From positions 4,385-68,384 of the forward strand of contig JAAYCP010000014.1 in the NCBI GenBank assembly GCA_012729695.1: a stretch of 64,000 nucleotides of DNA. The letters run 5' to 3'. Under the pieces are notes generated by a model that was not told where the DNA came from, did not search any database, and was given only the letters and a program-made list of their open reading frames with translations. Below are positions 8,638 through 21,134 of this stretch, one piece after another (position 1 is the first letter of the stretch; each line of letters opens with the position of its first letter). This DNA is from Actinomycetales bacterium (GTDB taxonomy: Bacteria > Actinomycetota > Actinomycetes > Actinomycetales > Dermatophilaceae). The translations under genes were made by a program, and so were the position numbers.

Positions 8638-9924
8638 CTAGAGCGCGTCGCGGGCGATCGGGCAGGTCATGCACCGGCCGCCTCCGCGGCCCCGCCCGAG
8701 CTCGGAGGCGGAGATCTCGAGGACCTCGATGCCGGCCTGGCGCAGCATCTCGTTGGTGCCGACATTTCGGTCGTAGCCGATGACGACTCCGGGCTCGAGG
8801 GCCACGACGTTGTTGCCGTCGTCCCACTGCTCGCGGTGCATGCCGTAGATGTCGCCGCCGGTGTTGACCACCCGCAGGTCGACGCCGAGTGCGCGGCCGA
8901 CGACCTCGACGAAGGTGCCGTCCGGGCGCGAGATGGCCAGGCCGGAGGGGCTCGTCGACGGTCGCAGGATGAGGGGGACGATGTTGTCGACGATCGGACC
9001 GAAGGCGGTCGCCGTCTCGGCGTCGCAGAAGGTGAAGACCGTGTCGAGGTGCATGGCCGAGCGCAGACTGGGCAGACCGGCGATGATGACCTGCTCGGCT
9101 GCGCCGTGGGCGAAGAGGTTGCTCGCGAGCAGGGTGATGGCCTGGTGCGAGGTCCGCTCGCCCATGCCGACGAGGACGGTGCCGTTGCCGATGGGCATGA
9201 CGTCCCCACCCTCGAGGGTCGCTCCGGAGGAGGAGCGCGAGCCGGTCCCGCCGGGCTCGTCGAGGTCGCCGAGCCAGACGGAGAAGCGCTCACCGACGAA
9301 CCGCGGGTGGAACCGGTAGATCGCCGCGGTGAGGAGGGTCTCGGGGCGGCGGGCCGGCCAGTACATCGGGTTCAGGGTCACGCCGCCGTAGATCCAGGAC
9401 GTGTTGTCGCGCATGAAGAGCGTGTTCGGCAGCGGCGGCAGGATCCACTCGTGCTGGTCACGCAGCCCGTCACGCAGCACCCGGAGGAACTCGCCGCCGA
9501 ACTCGTCGGGGAGCTCGACATAGGAGACCCCGCCGATCAGGTGGTCGGCCAGCCGCGCGGCGGGGAGTGAGGTCAACCACTCCCGGGTCGGGTCCATCAG
9601 CCCGAGCCCGACCTCCTCGGCGGTGATCCGGCGGTCGAGGATCCAGTCGCGGGCCACGTCGTCGGCGACGACCTCGGTGAGCATCTCGTGCAGCTCGAGG
9701 ACCTCGATGCCGCGGTCCTGCATGAGCCTACGGAAGTCCGCGTGGTCGCTGCGGGCGCGCTCGACCCAGAGCACCTCGTCGAAGAGGAGGTCCTTGGAGG
9801 TGTCGGGTGTGAGCCGGGTATGCGCCAGGCCGGGGGCGGCGACCAGCACACTGCGCAGTCGGCCCACCTCCGAGTAGACACCGACGCCCGGGGTGGAGAT
9901 GTCGAAGGGCTGGGTGGTGCTCAC
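8638..9924 (-). CDS. arcA: Arginine deiminase
   Basis: 428 aa with FMRD, the MHLDTVFTF motif and the C-terminal catalytic GGGRCMTCPIARD. Confidence 0.92.
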   Translation of the reverse strand: MSTTQPFDISTPGVGVYSEVGRLRSVLVAAPGLAHTRLTPDTSKDLLFDEVLWVERARSDHADFRRLMQDRGIEVLELHEMLTEVVADDVARDWILDRRITAEEVGLGLMDPTREWLTSLPAARLADHLIGGVSYVELPDEFGGEFLRVLRDGLRDQHEWILPPLPNTLFMRDNTSWIYGGVTLNPMYWPARRPETLLTAAIYRFHPRFVGERFSVWLGDLDEPGGTGSRSSSGATLEGGDVMPIGNGTVLVGMGERTSHQAITLLASNLFAHGAAEQVIIAGLPSLRSAMHLDTVFTFCDAETATAFGPIVDNIVPLILRPSTSPSGLAISRPDGTFVEVVGRALGVDLRVVNTGGDIYGMHREQWDDGNNVVALEPGVVIGYDRNVGTNEMLRQAGIEVLEISASELGRGRGGGRCMTCPIARDAL

Positions 9925-10025
9925 CGCGTCACTCTTGCACGGATCGGGCGACCGGTGCTCGCACGGCGCTCGGCAACCTCAGTCGCCGAAGGAGGCGGCG
10001 CCGCCCGCGAGGACCGGCGTACCCA

Positions 10026-10649
10026 TCAGTCGCTGAGCGGGCGCTCCTTCGTCGCAAGCTCGCCGCGAGCCCGCTCGGCGGAGGCGGAGTAGGCCTCCGA
10101 GCGGTCCTTCACCTCTTCGGCCTGGCTCTCCGCATGACCTGGCATGCCCCAGCGGGCCGTCGACACCCCGGCCTGCTTGGCCCGCTCGATGGCCTCGAGG
10201 ACGACCTCCTCGGCCTCCTCGCGACCGGCCCAGTGGGCGCCCTCGACGGACTTGCCGGGCTCGAGGTCCTTGTAGGTCTCGAAGAAGTGCTGGATCTCGA
10301 GGCGGTCGAACTCGCTGATGTGCTCCAGCTCGGTGATGTGCGTCTTGCGCGGGTCACCGGCCGGGATGCAGAGGATCTTGTCGTCACCCCCTGCCTCGTC
10401 GCGCATGTGGAACATGCCGATCGGGCGGGCGCGGACCAGGCAGCCGGGCCACGTCGGCTCGTCGAGGAGGACGAGGGCGTCGAGGGGGTCACCGTCCTCG
10501 CCGAGGGTGTCCTCGACATAGCCGTAGTCCGAGGGGTAGGCCATCGACGTGAAGAGGAGACGGTCAAGGCGGATGCGCCCGGTCGCGTGGTCGACCTCGT
10601 ACTTGTTGCGCGCACCCTTGGGGATCTCGATGGTGACGTCGAACTCCAC
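10026..10649 (-). CDS. ppa: Inorganic pyrophosphatase (family I) with a C-terminal extension of about 40 aa
   Basis: GTG at 10649 preceded by [36 protein letters not shown] ... [24 protein letters not shown]. The track ORF up to 10811 runs through a repeat array and has no homology signal. Confidence 0.9.
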   Translation of the reverse strand: MEFDVTIEIPKGARNKYEVDHATGRIRLDRLLFTSMAYPSDYGYVEDTLGEDGDPLDALVLLDEPTWPGCLVRARPIGMFHMRDEAGGDDKILCIPAGDPRKTHITELEHISEFDRLEIQHFFETYKDLEPGKSVEGAHWAGREEAEEVVLEAIERAKQAGVSTARWGMPGHAESQAEEVKDRSEAYSASAERARGELATKERPLSD

Positions 10650-10663
10650 TGCCAGTGCTCCTT

Positions 10664-10723
10664 GTCGTGAAAGGCCGAGTCGTGAAAGGCCGAGTCGTGA
10701 ATAGCCGAGTCGTGAAAACCGAA
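10664..10723. repeat. 15-bp tandem repeat x4 (GTCGTGAAAGGCCGA x2, GTCGTGAATAGCCGA, GTCGTGAAAACCGAA) in the ppa/dacB divergent region
   Basis: Read directly. It starts 15 nt upstream of the ppa start codon. Confidence 0.9.
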
Positions 10724-10945
10724 ATAGTGACCGAGCAGCCACGTGACCTACTCTGCTAGGTGACTGAGCCACTCGATCTTCCGCCCGCGAGGGACGCAGC
10801 CGTGTGTGCACAGTCTTGCACCCCCGGCGAGGCGTTGTCAGATCTGCGGGGTGATCGACCGCTCACACCCGCCCACACCCCAACCCGCACTCTCACACAC
10901 CGCCACCCACGCGATCGCCACGACCCAGAGCCCGAGAGACAGCAC

Positions 10946-12394
10946 ATGCCCGGCCGCCGAACTCTTGCCGCGCTGACGGCGGGTGTCGTCCTGCTCGGGG
11001 GCGCCGGCGCATACGCGACCGCCGATGTCTATGACCTGGTGCCGGGCGTGCTCACGCTCGACCGGGACATCGACCCGGACACCCTGCCGGAGGTCGAGCC
11101 CGAGCCTGAAGTGACCGGTCTGGTGGAGCTGCCCACCGCCGTGCGTGCGGTGCCGCTGGAGGCCGTCGACGCGGAGGCGCCGCTGCCGGACCAGGCCGCC
11201 CTGGCGGCAGCCATCGATGCCGAGCTCGCGCGCCCCGGCTGGTACGGGGCCGGGGCCGTTGTCGTCGCCGACGGACTGACCGGTCAGGTTCTCTACGAGC
11301 GGGAGCCGGACCGGCCGGTCACGCCGGCCTCGACCCAGAAGCTCCTCTCCGGCGTGGCGGTCCTCACGACGCTCGACCCCCACAGCCGGCTCACGACGTC
11401 TGCCGTGCGCACGGGTCCGGACTCCATCGCCCTGGTCGCCGGTGGGGACACTATGCTCAACCCGGATGCGGGCGACCCCACCTCGGTGGAGGGATATGCG
11501 GGACTCGCCGACCTGGCCGCTCAGGTCGTCGCCCGGCTGGCGGAGGATCCCGACCGACCTGCCGCCGTCACGGTGAGCATCGACATGTCCTACGCCGCCG
11601 GGCCGCGCTACTCCCCGCACTGGAACATGGAGGACGTCGCGATGGGGTACACCCAGGGCGTGACGATGGTCGGACTCGCCAGCCAGCGTCCCCGGCCGTT
11701 CTTCCCATCGCCGCCCGAGCCGGAGAAGGAGGTCGTCGCCGCGTTCGCTGCTGCACTCACCGAGGCCGGGCTGCCGGCGACCGTGGCGGACGAGCCCGTT
11801 CTCACCGGCGCGGTGAGCGGACGGCGCCTCGGGGCCGTGCGGAGTGCGACCGTGGCCGAGCTCACGGCACTCGCCCTGGACGACAGCGACAACGCCCTCA
11901 CCGAGGCCCTCGCCCGCCAGGCCAGCGCCTCGGCCGGCGGGCCCACGGACTTCGAGGGGGTCGCGCAGTTCATCCTCGACGCCGTCACCGAGCTGGGCAT
12001 CGACACCAGCGGGGCGCTCCTTACCGATGCCTCGGGGATGGGGTACGAGCAGCTCCTTCCCGCGCGGGTGATCTCGCAGGTGCTCACCCTGGCGACCAGC
12101 GGCGCCGATCCGAGGCTCGCGCCGCTCGTCGCAGAGCTCCCTGTGTCCGGACTGACCGGCACCCTCAACGACCGCTTCCTCGCCGACTCCACCCGCTCGG
12201 CAGCGGGCATCCCGCGGGCCAAGACCGGCACGATCAACGCGTCCATCGCCCTGGCCGGCACGACGGTGAACCGGGACGGTCGCCTGCTCACGTTCGCGGC
12301 CATCGCCTATGCCGTGCCCAGGGAGGGAAGGTTGGAGGCGCGGCTAGCGTTGGATCGTCTGGTCGCCGTGCTCACCGAGTGCGGGTGCGCGTGA
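10946..12394 (+). CDS. dacB: D-alanyl-D-alanine carboxypeptidase/endopeptidase (PBP4, peptidase S13)
   Basis: ATG at 10946 gives a signal peptide MPGRRTLAALTAGVVLLGGAGAYA. Active-site PASTQKLLSG and KTGT motifs are present. Confidence 0.88.
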   Translation: MPGRRTLAALTAGVVLLGGAGAYATADVYDLVPGVLTLDRDIDPDTLPEVEPEPEVTGLVELPTAVRAVPLEAVDAEAPLPDQAALAAAIDAELARPGWYGAGAVVVADGLTGQVLYEREPDRPVTPASTQKLLSGVAVLTTLDPHSRLTTSAVRTGPDSIALVAGGDTMLNPDAGDPTSVEGYAGLADLAAQVVARLAEDPDRPAAVTVSIDMSYAAGPRYSPHWNMEDVAMGYTQGVTMVGLASQRPRPFFPSPPEPEKEVVAAFAAALTEAGLPATVADEPVLTGAVSGRRLGAVRSATVAELTALALDDSDNALTEALARQASASAGGPTDFEGVAQFILDAVTELGIDTSGALLTDASGMGYEQLLPARVISQVLTLATSGADPRLAPLVAELPVSGLTGTLNDRFLADSTRSAAGIPRAKTGTINASIALAGTTVNRDGRLLTFAAIAYAVPREGRLEARLALDRLVAVLTECGCA

Positions 12395-12470
12395 CCGGAC
12401 CGACGGCGCGGTGCCGTCCGCCCGATGTCGCGCGATCGCCCGCGTGAGCCATGACAACCGAAGGACCTCC

Positions 12471-13547
12471 ATGACCGACAGCACCCACCACAGCGGGGGC
12501 GACGTGCCCTCCTACGTCGACTGGGAGTTCGCCAAGCAGGCCGGCGCGCGCCTCGTCCAGGCCGGCCCGACCGTGAGCGTGGCGCAGGCCCGCGAGGCGG
12601 TCGAGGAGATCCGCCGGCTCGCGGCCGAGGCCCAGGGCCCGGTCGCGGAGACGTCGCGGCTGCACGCCCCCGGCACCGCTCCCGCGCCGATGGTCGTGGA
12701 CCGACCGACCTGGATCGCGGCGAACGCCGACTCGATGTCGGCCCTGATGGACCCCGTCTTCGCCACGCTCATGGGCAAGCGCGACCGCGCCCCTTCCGCG
12801 TTGGCCTCCGCCGTCGGCGGCAAGGTGACCGGTGGCGAGGCCGGTGTCCTCCTGGCCTTCCTCGCCGGCAAGGTGCTCGGGCAGTACGACCTCGCGCCCG
12901 GCGGCACCCCTCGTCTTCTCCTCATCGCGCCGAACATGGTCCAGGTCGGCCAGGACCTTCGCGTCGACGAGACCGACTTCCGGCGCTGGGTCTGCATGCA
13001 CGAGGAGACCCACCGCGTGCAGTTCACCGCCGTCCCGTGGTTGCGCGAGCACCTCATCGCCGAGGCACGGGCGCTCGCCGGTGACATGGCGCCCGATCAG
13101 GAGAGCGTCCAGGAGCGACTCCAGCAGCTCGTGACCCGGCTGCCCGACGCGTTCTCCGGCGAGGGCGGCGGGCTGATGGACCTCTTCGCCACCCCGGAGC
13201 TCCGCGAGAAGGTCGCGCGCCTCACTGCGGTGATGTCACTCCTCGAGGGCCACGCCGACGTCATCATGGACGAGGTCGGGCCCGAGGTCATCCCGACGGT
13301 CGAGGAGATCCGACGCAAGTTCAACCGTCGCCGCCAGGGCACGGGCACCGTGGACCGGCTCCTGCGCCGCCTGCTCGGCCTCGAGGCGAAGATGCGTCAG
13401 TACAAGGACGGTGCGGTCTTCGTGCGCGCCGTTGTCGACGAGGTCGGCTGGGACGGTCTCAACGCGGTGTGGACCGGGCCGGAGACGCTCCCCGAGCCAC
13501 GAGAGATCGCCGACCCCAGGTCCTGGGTCGCCCGCGTCCACGGCTGA
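12471..13547 (+). CDS. Zinc-dependent metalloprotease of the actinobacterial Rv3626c/DUF2342 type
   Basis: HEETHRVQF (HExxH) and LEGHADVIMDEVG. It lies between dacB and tilS as in mycobacteria. ATG at 12471 follows AAGGAC. Confidence 0.85.
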   Translation: MTDSTHHSGGDVPSYVDWEFAKQAGARLVQAGPTVSVAQAREAVEEIRRLAAEAQGPVAETSRLHAPGTAPAPMVVDRPTWIAANADSMSALMDPVFATLMGKRDRAPSALASAVGGKVTGGEAGVLLAFLAGKVLGQYDLAPGGTPRLLLIAPNMVQVGQDLRVDETDFRRWVCMHEETHRVQFTAVPWLREHLIAEARALAGDMAPDQESVQERLQQLVTRLPDAFSGEGGGLMDLFATPELREKVARLTAVMSLLEGHADVIMDEVGPEVIPTVEEIRRKFNRRRQGTGTVDRLLRRLLGLEAKMRQYKDGAVFVRAVVDEVGWDGLNAVWTGPETLPEPREIADPRSWVARVHG

Positions 13548-13554
13548 GATCGAG

Positions 13555-14640
13555 GTGGCCTCGGTGGTGCCCGGCTCCGGCCATGCGCGCGACTCCACGC
13601 CTGAGTCGCCTGAGCGGGAGAGGCACGCACCTCGCCCGCGGCACGGGCGCCCCCACCCGTCAGTCGCGGCCATCAGGTATGCGGTGCGCACCGCCCTCGA
13701 CGAGCTCTCTGGGCACGAACTCACCGAGGACTCGCTCGTCCTCGCCGCGGTCTCCGGCGGCGCCGACTCGCTCGCGCTCGCGGAGTCGCTCGCGTTCGAG
13801 TCGAGGCGCACCGGCCGCCCAGCCGGCGCTCTCGTCGTCGACCACGGGTTGCAGGACGGGTCGGCAGAGGTCGCGAACCGGGCGGCCCTGACCTGTCGGG
13901 AGCTGGGCCTCGACCCCGTCGAGGTGCTCACGGTGAAGGTGAGCGGGTCGGGCAGTGGTCTGGAGGCGGCCGCCCGCGACGTGCGGTATGCCGCGCTGGA
14001 GAGGCGCGCGGAGGAGCTGGGTGCCGCAGCGGTGCTGCTCGGGCACACGCAGGACGACCAGGCCGAGCAGGTCCTCCTCGGGCTGACCCGTGGCTCCGGC
14101 ACCCGGTCCCTGTCCGGAATGCCTGCGAGCCGGGGCCGATTCGTCCGCCCCCTGCTCGGGGTCACCCGCGAGCAGACGCGTGAGGCATGCGCTGCCGAGG
14201 GGATCACCTTCTGGGACGACCCGATGAACGACGACCCGCGGTTCACGCGGGTGCGCGCCCGGCGTGCTCTCGCCGATCTCGAGCGCGACCTCGGTCCGGG
14301 TATCGGTGCTGCCCTGGCCCGCTCGGCGGAGCAGCTCCGGGCCGACGCCGACCTGCTCGACGTCCTCGCCGGGCAGGCCCGCGAGGGGCTGCCGGACGCA
14401 CCGCCCTACCCCGTCGAGGCGCTCGCTGCCATCCCGACCGCCCTGCGCGGCCGCGTGTGGCGGATGCTGCTCGTCGAGGCCGGTGCGCCGGCAGGATCCT
14501 TGGGCGCGACGCATACCGACTCCTGTGACCTGCTCCTCACGAGGTGGCGTGGGCAGGGTCCGCTGCACCTGCCGGGCGACCTGCGGGTGAGCCGGGAGAC
14601 GGGTCGGATCCACGTCAGGCCTGTCCGTCGGGTTGAATAG
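13555..14640 (+). CDS. tilS: tRNA(Ile)-lysidine synthetase
   Basis: PP-loop [14 protein letters not shown], with [14 protein letters not shown]. The start is uncertain: GTG 13555 was chosen as the first start after the upstream stop. Confidence 0.85.
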   Translation: MASVVPGSGHARDSTPESPERERHAPRPRHGRPHPSVAAIRYAVRTALDELSGHELTEDSLVLAAVSGGADSLALAESLAFESRRTGRPAGALVVDHGLQDGSAEVANRAALTCRELGLDPVEVLTVKVSGSGSGLEAAARDVRYAALERRAEELGAAAVLLGHTQDDQAEQVLLGLTRGSGTRSLSGMPASRGRFVRPLLGVTREQTREACAAEGITFWDDPMNDDPRFTRVRARRALADLERDLGPGIGAALARSAEQLRADADLLDVLAGQAREGLPDAPPYPVEALAAIPTALRGRVWRMLLVEAGAPAGSLGATHTDSCDLLLTRWRGQGPLHLPGDLRVSRETGRIHVRPVRRVE

Positions 14641-14645
14641 GCCAC

Positions 14646-15197
14646 GTGGAGAGCGCTGCGATGGGGAGGGACCTCGAGAAGGTCCTGATCACCGACGACC
14701 AGATCCAGGAGCGACTACGGGAGCTCGCCGCCGAGATCGCGGAGGCCTACAAGGGCAAGGACGTGCTGCTCGTCGGGGTCCTCAAGGGCGCGATCATGGT
14801 CATGGCGGACCTCATGCGCCACCTGCCGTTCTCGGCGCCGGTGGACTGGATGGCCGTCTCCTCGTACGGATCGGGCACGAAGAGCTCGGGCGTGGTGCGG
14901 ATCCTCAAGGACCTCGACACCGACATCACCGACAAGCACGTGCTCATCGTCGAGGACATCGTCGACTCGGGGCTCACGCTGTCCTGGATCCGGTCCAACC
15001 TCGACTCCCGGAACCCGGCCTCCGTCGAGATCTGCACCCTCCTGCGCAAGCCGGACGCCGCCAAGGTCGAGATCGACTGCCGGTGGGTCGGCTTCGACAT
15101 CCCGAACGAGTTCGTCGTCGGCTACGGGCTGGACTACGACGAGCAGTACCGCGGTCTGCGGGACATCGGGACGCTCGCCCCGCACGTCTACAGCTGA
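14646..15197 (+). CDS. hpt: Hypoxanthine phosphoribosyltransferase
   Basis: [17 protein letters not shown] and the PRPP loop [14 protein letters not shown]. 183 aa. Confidence 0.93.
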   Translation: MESAAMGRDLEKVLITDDQIQERLRELAAEIAEAYKGKDVLLVGVLKGAIMVMADLMRHLPFSAPVDWMAVSSYGSGTKSSGVVRILKDLDTDITDKHVLIVEDIVDSGLTLSWIRSNLDSRNPASVEICTLLRKPDAAKVEIDCRWVGFDIPNEFVVGYGLDYDEQYRGLRDIGTLAPHVYS

Positions 15198-15365
15198 GGC
15201 TGCACCCCTGGGCCAGGGTGAGCCGTGAGGTAACGAAGCCTGCACGGGAGTGCTGGGCAAGTCCATGGAACACCCTGCCTGCCGGTAGCGTTAAGCAATC
15301 GACCACCCGTCGCTCACTGTCGTCAAGAGAGGGTGGGCTCGCGTGAGCCCGGCAACCACATACGT

Positions 15366-17472
<2,107 letters not shown>

Positions 17473-17483
<11 letters not shown>

Positions 17484-18105
17484 GCCGGTGGGCGACGCGG
17501 CTCCGGTGGGCGACGAGGCTCCGGCGGGCCCAGGCGTCGATCTGGCGCGTGCCGAGGCTGCGGTGCGCGAGTTCCTCTCCGCCATCGGCGAGGACCCTGA
17601 CCGCGATGGTCTGCAGGACACCCCGGGGCGCGTCGCCCGGGCAGCGATCGAGCTCTTCGCCGGGTTGCACCAGCGGCCCGAGGACGTGCTCGCGCGCACC
17701 TTCGAGATCGACCACGACGAGATGGTCATCGTGCGGGAGATCCCCTTGTACTCGGTGTGCGAGCACCATCTGCTGCCCTTCCACGGCCAGGCCCACATCG
17801 GCTACATCCCGGCCTCCAACGGGACGGTCACCGGACTGTCCAAGCTCGCCCGGCTCGTCGACGTGTTCGCCCGCCGGCCTCAGGTCCAGGAGCGCATCAC
17901 CACCCAGATCGCCGACGCCCTGATGACGCACCTCGACGCCCGTGGCGCGATCGTCGTCATCGAGGCCGAGCACCTCTGCATGTCCATGCGGGGGGTCCGC
18001 AAGCCGGGCGCGAGCACGATCACCTCGGCGGTGCGCGGCCTGCTCCGCGACCCCACGACGAGGTCCGAGGCGATGGCGCTACTGCTCGGCGGGCGCCGGG
18101 GCTGA
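17473..18105 (+). CDS. folE: GTP cyclohydrolase I
   Basis: GTG at 17473 overlaps the ftsH 3' end. [12 protein letters not shown] ... [13 protein letters not shown] ... [12 protein letters not shown]. Confidence 0.93.
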
Positions 18106-18117
18106 GGCGACCCGCCG

Positions 18118-19059
18118 ATGACCACGCCGCCGACCCCTTCGATGAGCACGTCGTCGTCCCCGTCGATGGATGCAGACGCAGGCGCAGGGACCAGGCCCGT
18201 CGTCATGGGGGTCCTCAACGTCACCCCCGACTCCTTCAGCGACGGCGGCCTGTTCATCGACCCCGACGTGGCTGTCGCGCATGCCCAGGAGCTCGCTGCC
18301 GAGGGGGCGGATATCATCGACGTCGGCGGCGAGTCGACGCGCCCCGGTGCGGACCGGGTCGAGATCGAGCAGGAGCTGCAGCGCACGATCCCGGTGGTCG
18401 AGGCCATTGCCCGGGCCGGTCTCACCGTCTCCATCGACACGATGCGCTCCGAGGTGGCCCGGCGGGCCGTCGAGGTCGGCGCGGCCTACATCAACGACGT
18501 GAGCGGGGGCCTCGCCGACCCACGGATGGCGAGGACCGCCGCCGAGGTCGGCGTGGACGTCATCGTCATGCACTGGCGCGGACACAGCCGGGACATGCAG
18601 CAGCGCGCGACCTACAGCGACGTCACCGGCGAGGTCATCTCCGAGCTCAGTGAGCGGGTGGGGGAGTTCGTCGCCGCCGGTGTCGCACCGGAGCGCATCA
18701 TCGTCGACCCCGGTCTCGGCTTCGCGAAGTCGTTCGAGCACAACTGGCAGCTCCTCGCCACCCTCCCTGAGCTCATGGCCCAGGGGCACCGGGTCATCGT
18801 CGGCACGAGCCGCAAGGGCTTCCTCGGGGCGGTCGGGCGCCCCGAGGGTCAGTCCCGACCCCCGCTCGAGCGGGACGTGGCGACCGCGGTGACCAGCGCA
18901 TACCTCTGCGATCTGGGGGTGTGGGGCGTGCGGGTGCACGACGTCCGGTCCACGATCGACGCGATGGATGTCGCCAACGCTCTCTGGCTGGCGCGCCGCG
19001 CCGCGAGGGGACGGACGCGACCGGTCCGACGGGATACCGGAGGCGACACCGGTGCGTGA
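18118..19059 (+). CDS. folP: Dihydropteroate synthase
   Basis: VMGVLNVTPDSFSDGG, IIDVGGESTRPG, DPGLGFAK. Confidence 0.94.
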   Translation: MTTPPTPSMSTSSSPSMDADAGAGTRPVVMGVLNVTPDSFSDGGLFIDPDVAVAHAQELAAEGADIIDVGGESTRPGADRVEIEQELQRTIPVVEAIARAGLTVSIDTMRSEVARRAVEVGAAYINDVSGGLADPRMARTAAEVGVDVIVMHWRGHSRDMQQRATYSDVTGEVISELSERVGEFVAAGVAPERIIVDPGLGFAKSFEHNWQLLATLPELMAQGHRVIVGTSRKGFLGAVGRPEGQSRPPLERDVATAVTSAYLCDLGVWGVRVHDVRSTIDAMDVANALWLARRAARGRTRPVRRDTGGDTGA

Positions 19060-19978
19060 CGTCATCGAGGTCCTCGGGATCCGCGCCACGGGCTTCCACG
19101 GGGTCTTCGAGCACGAGAAGCGGGACGGGCAGGAGTTCGTCGTCGACGTCTCCCTCGAGCTCGACCTCGGCCCTGCCGGGGAGAGCGACGACCTCGCCGA
19201 GACCGTGAACTACGGCGAGGTCGGCCAGCTCGTCGTGCGCCGCATCGAGGGGGAGCCCTTCGACCTCATCGAGCGGCTGGCGACGGTCATCGCCGAGGAC
19301 GTCCTCGCCACGGAGTCCGGGCGACTGCGGCTGGAGACCGTCACCGTGACCGTGCACAAGCCGTCGGCGCCCGTGGGCGTGCCCTTCGGGGACGTCCTCG
19401 TCCGGGTCAGGCGGGACCGACCCCTCGTGCCCGCTGTCGTCGCTCTGGGTGCCAACCTCGGCGATCGCCGCGCCACTCTCGAGCGGGCTCGACAGGCCCT
19501 TGCGGAGCGGGTGCTCACCGCCGGCCTCGCTGTCTCCGACCTCGTCGAGACCGATCCCGTCGGCGGCCCCGAGCAGCCGGACTTCCTCAACGCCGTAGCC
19601 GTCGGACTGACCCGACTCTCACCCACCGCCCTCCTGAGGACCCTCCACGAGATCGAGGCGGAGTCAGGACGGGTGCGCGAGATCCGTTGGGGGCCAAGGA
19701 CGCTCGACCTCGACCTGATTCAGTACGGCGATCCGGCCACCGGGACCGATGTCCTCAGCAGCTCCGAGCGCCTCACGCTGCCGCACCCCCGAGCCCACGA
19801 GCGCGGCTTCGTCCTGGTGCCGTGGCTGCAGGCGGATCCGGATGCCGTCCTACGGATCGACGACAGACCGCAGCGAGTTGCCGAGCTCGTGGCACAGGTG
19901 GACACCAGCGGGGTCCGACCGGTGCCCGAGCCACTCGGGCCGTCCTCGGAGCGTTCAGGTGGGGGCGCCGGATGCTGA
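19052..19978 (+). CDS. folB-folK: Fused dihydroneopterin aldolase / 6-hydroxymethyl-dihydropterin pyrophosphokinase (FolB-FolK in one frame)
   Basis: GTG at 19052 overlaps the folP stop. The FolB part is IEVLGIRATGFHGVFEHEKRDGQEF. The FolK part is VVALGANLGDR ... RWGPRTLDLDLI ... LTLPHPRAHERGFVLVP. There is no stop codon between the two halves. Confidence 0.88.
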   Translation: MRDVIEVLGIRATGFHGVFEHEKRDGQEFVVDVSLELDLGPAGESDDLAETVNYGEVGQLVVRRIEGEPFDLIERLATVIAEDVLATESGRLRLETVTVTVHKPSAPVGVPFGDVLVRVRRDRPLVPAVVALGANLGDRRATLERARQALAERVLTAGLAVSDLVETDPVGGPEQPDFLNAVAVGLTRLSPTALLRTLHEIEAESGRVREIRWGPRTLDLDLIQYGDPATGTDVLSSSERLTLPHPRAHERGFVLVPWLQADPDAVLRIDDRPQRVAELVAQVDTSGVRPVPEPLGPSSERSGGGAGC

Positions 19979-20463
19979 GGGAGGGGGTGCGGGGTCGGCA
20001 GCTCGTCGCGGTCCTCATCGGCACCACCCTTGTCTCGGCGATCGTGTGGCGCCTCTACACGCGGTCCGGCCGCCTCCTCCAGGCTCCCGTATGGCTGACG
20101 GTCGCGGTGGTGCTCCTCCTCGCCGGGCTCGTCCTGTGGAGCGGCTGGCAGGTGCGCAGTTACCAGCGCGGCGGGTCGAGGTCTCTCACCGGACTGCGCG
20201 CGGCGCGGATCCTCAGCCTGGCGCAGGCCGGGTCCATCACCGGTGCCGCCGTCGCAGGATGGTTCCTCGGTCACCTCGTGATCCTGCTCCCGGACCGCGA
20301 CCTCACTCCCTACGCCCGCCAGCTGCTACCCCTGAGCGTTCTCATCGCGTCGGGCCTCGTGCTCGCTGTGACGGGTCTGGTCGCCCAGCACTGGTGCCGG
20401 CTGCCGCCAGAGGGGCGCAACGGAGAGGATGACGCGGACCGCGACCGGGCGGGGGAGGATTGA
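19972..20463 (+). CDS. DUF3180-type membrane protein (Rv3605c-like)
   Basis: ATG at 19972 overlaps the folK stop. Four predicted TM helices. It occupies the position after folK seen in other actinobacteria. Confidence 0.75.
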   Translation: MLREGVRGRQLVAVLIGTTLVSAIVWRLYTRSGRLLQAPVWLTVAVVLLLAGLVLWSGWQVRSYQRGGSRSLTGLRAARILSLAQAGSITGAAVAGWFLGHLVILLPDRDLTPYARQLLPLSVLIASGLVLAVTGLVAQHWCRLPPEGRNGEDDADRDRAGED

Positions 20464-20525
20464 CCGGAGAGCCGAGCGAGTCCGCGTGGAAGAGAGGCGT
20501 GGCACGGAAGGGTGGTGGAGGTGAC

Positions 20526-21131
20526 ATGACAACTGGTCCTGGGACGTCGAGCTGGCCGGGGCTGCAGGATCCCGAGCACTCCCGCTGGTACATCGAGCGG
20601 TTCCGGGGGATGGCCGCCGAGGGCGCCGACCTGTACGGGGAGGCGCGGCTCGTCGACGTCCTCGCCCCTCGCCGGGCGCGCCTGCTGGATGCCGGGTGCG
20701 GGCCTGGCCGCCACGGAGGGTATCTCTCCCGCCTTGGTCACCGCGTCGTGGGCGTCGACATCGATCCGATCCTCATCGACGCCGCCTGCACGGACCACCC
20801 GGACGCGACGTGGCTCGTCGGCGATCTCGCCACGCTCGACCTGGCGGCACAGGGAGAGGAGGAGTCCTTCGACGGAGCCCTCATCGCAGGCAATGTCATG
20901 GACTTCATCACGCCCGAGCACCGCGCCGAGGCGGTGCGCAGGGTCGCGGCCCATGTCGTCCCGGACGGCTTCGTCGTCATCGGGTGTCGCATCGACCGGG
21001 GCTTCCGGCCGGCGGACCTCGACGCGGCCGCTCCAGGCGCCGGGTTGCGGCTGGAGCACCGGTTCGCCACGTGGGACCTGCGGCCGTGGACCGAGGACGC
21101 CGACTTCGCGGTGAGCGTGCTCCGCCGCTGA
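20526..21131 (+). CDS. Class I SAM-dependent methyltransferase
   Basis: LLDAGCGPGRHGGYLSRLGHRVVGVDID motif I/II. ATG at 20526 follows GGAGG. The track ORF begins at a TTG at 20460. Confidence 0.85.
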   Translation: MTTGPGTSSWPGLQDPEHSRWYIERFRGMAAEGADLYGEARLVDVLAPRRARLLDAGCGPGRHGGYLSRLGHRVVGVDIDPILIDAACTDHPDATWLVGDLATLDLAAQGEEESFDGALIAGNVMDFITPEHRAEAVRRVAAHVVPDGFVVIGCRIDRGFRPADLDAAAPGAGLRLEHRFATWDLRPWTEDADFAVSVLRR

Positions 21132-21134
21132 GGG

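Noticed and set aside
10650-10811. N-terminal extension of the ppa ORF containing [10 protein letters not shown] repeats
   Set aside because: Homology to pyrophosphatase starts exactly at the GTG 10649, which has an AAGGAG SD. The extension is just the 15-bp DNA repeat array read in frame.
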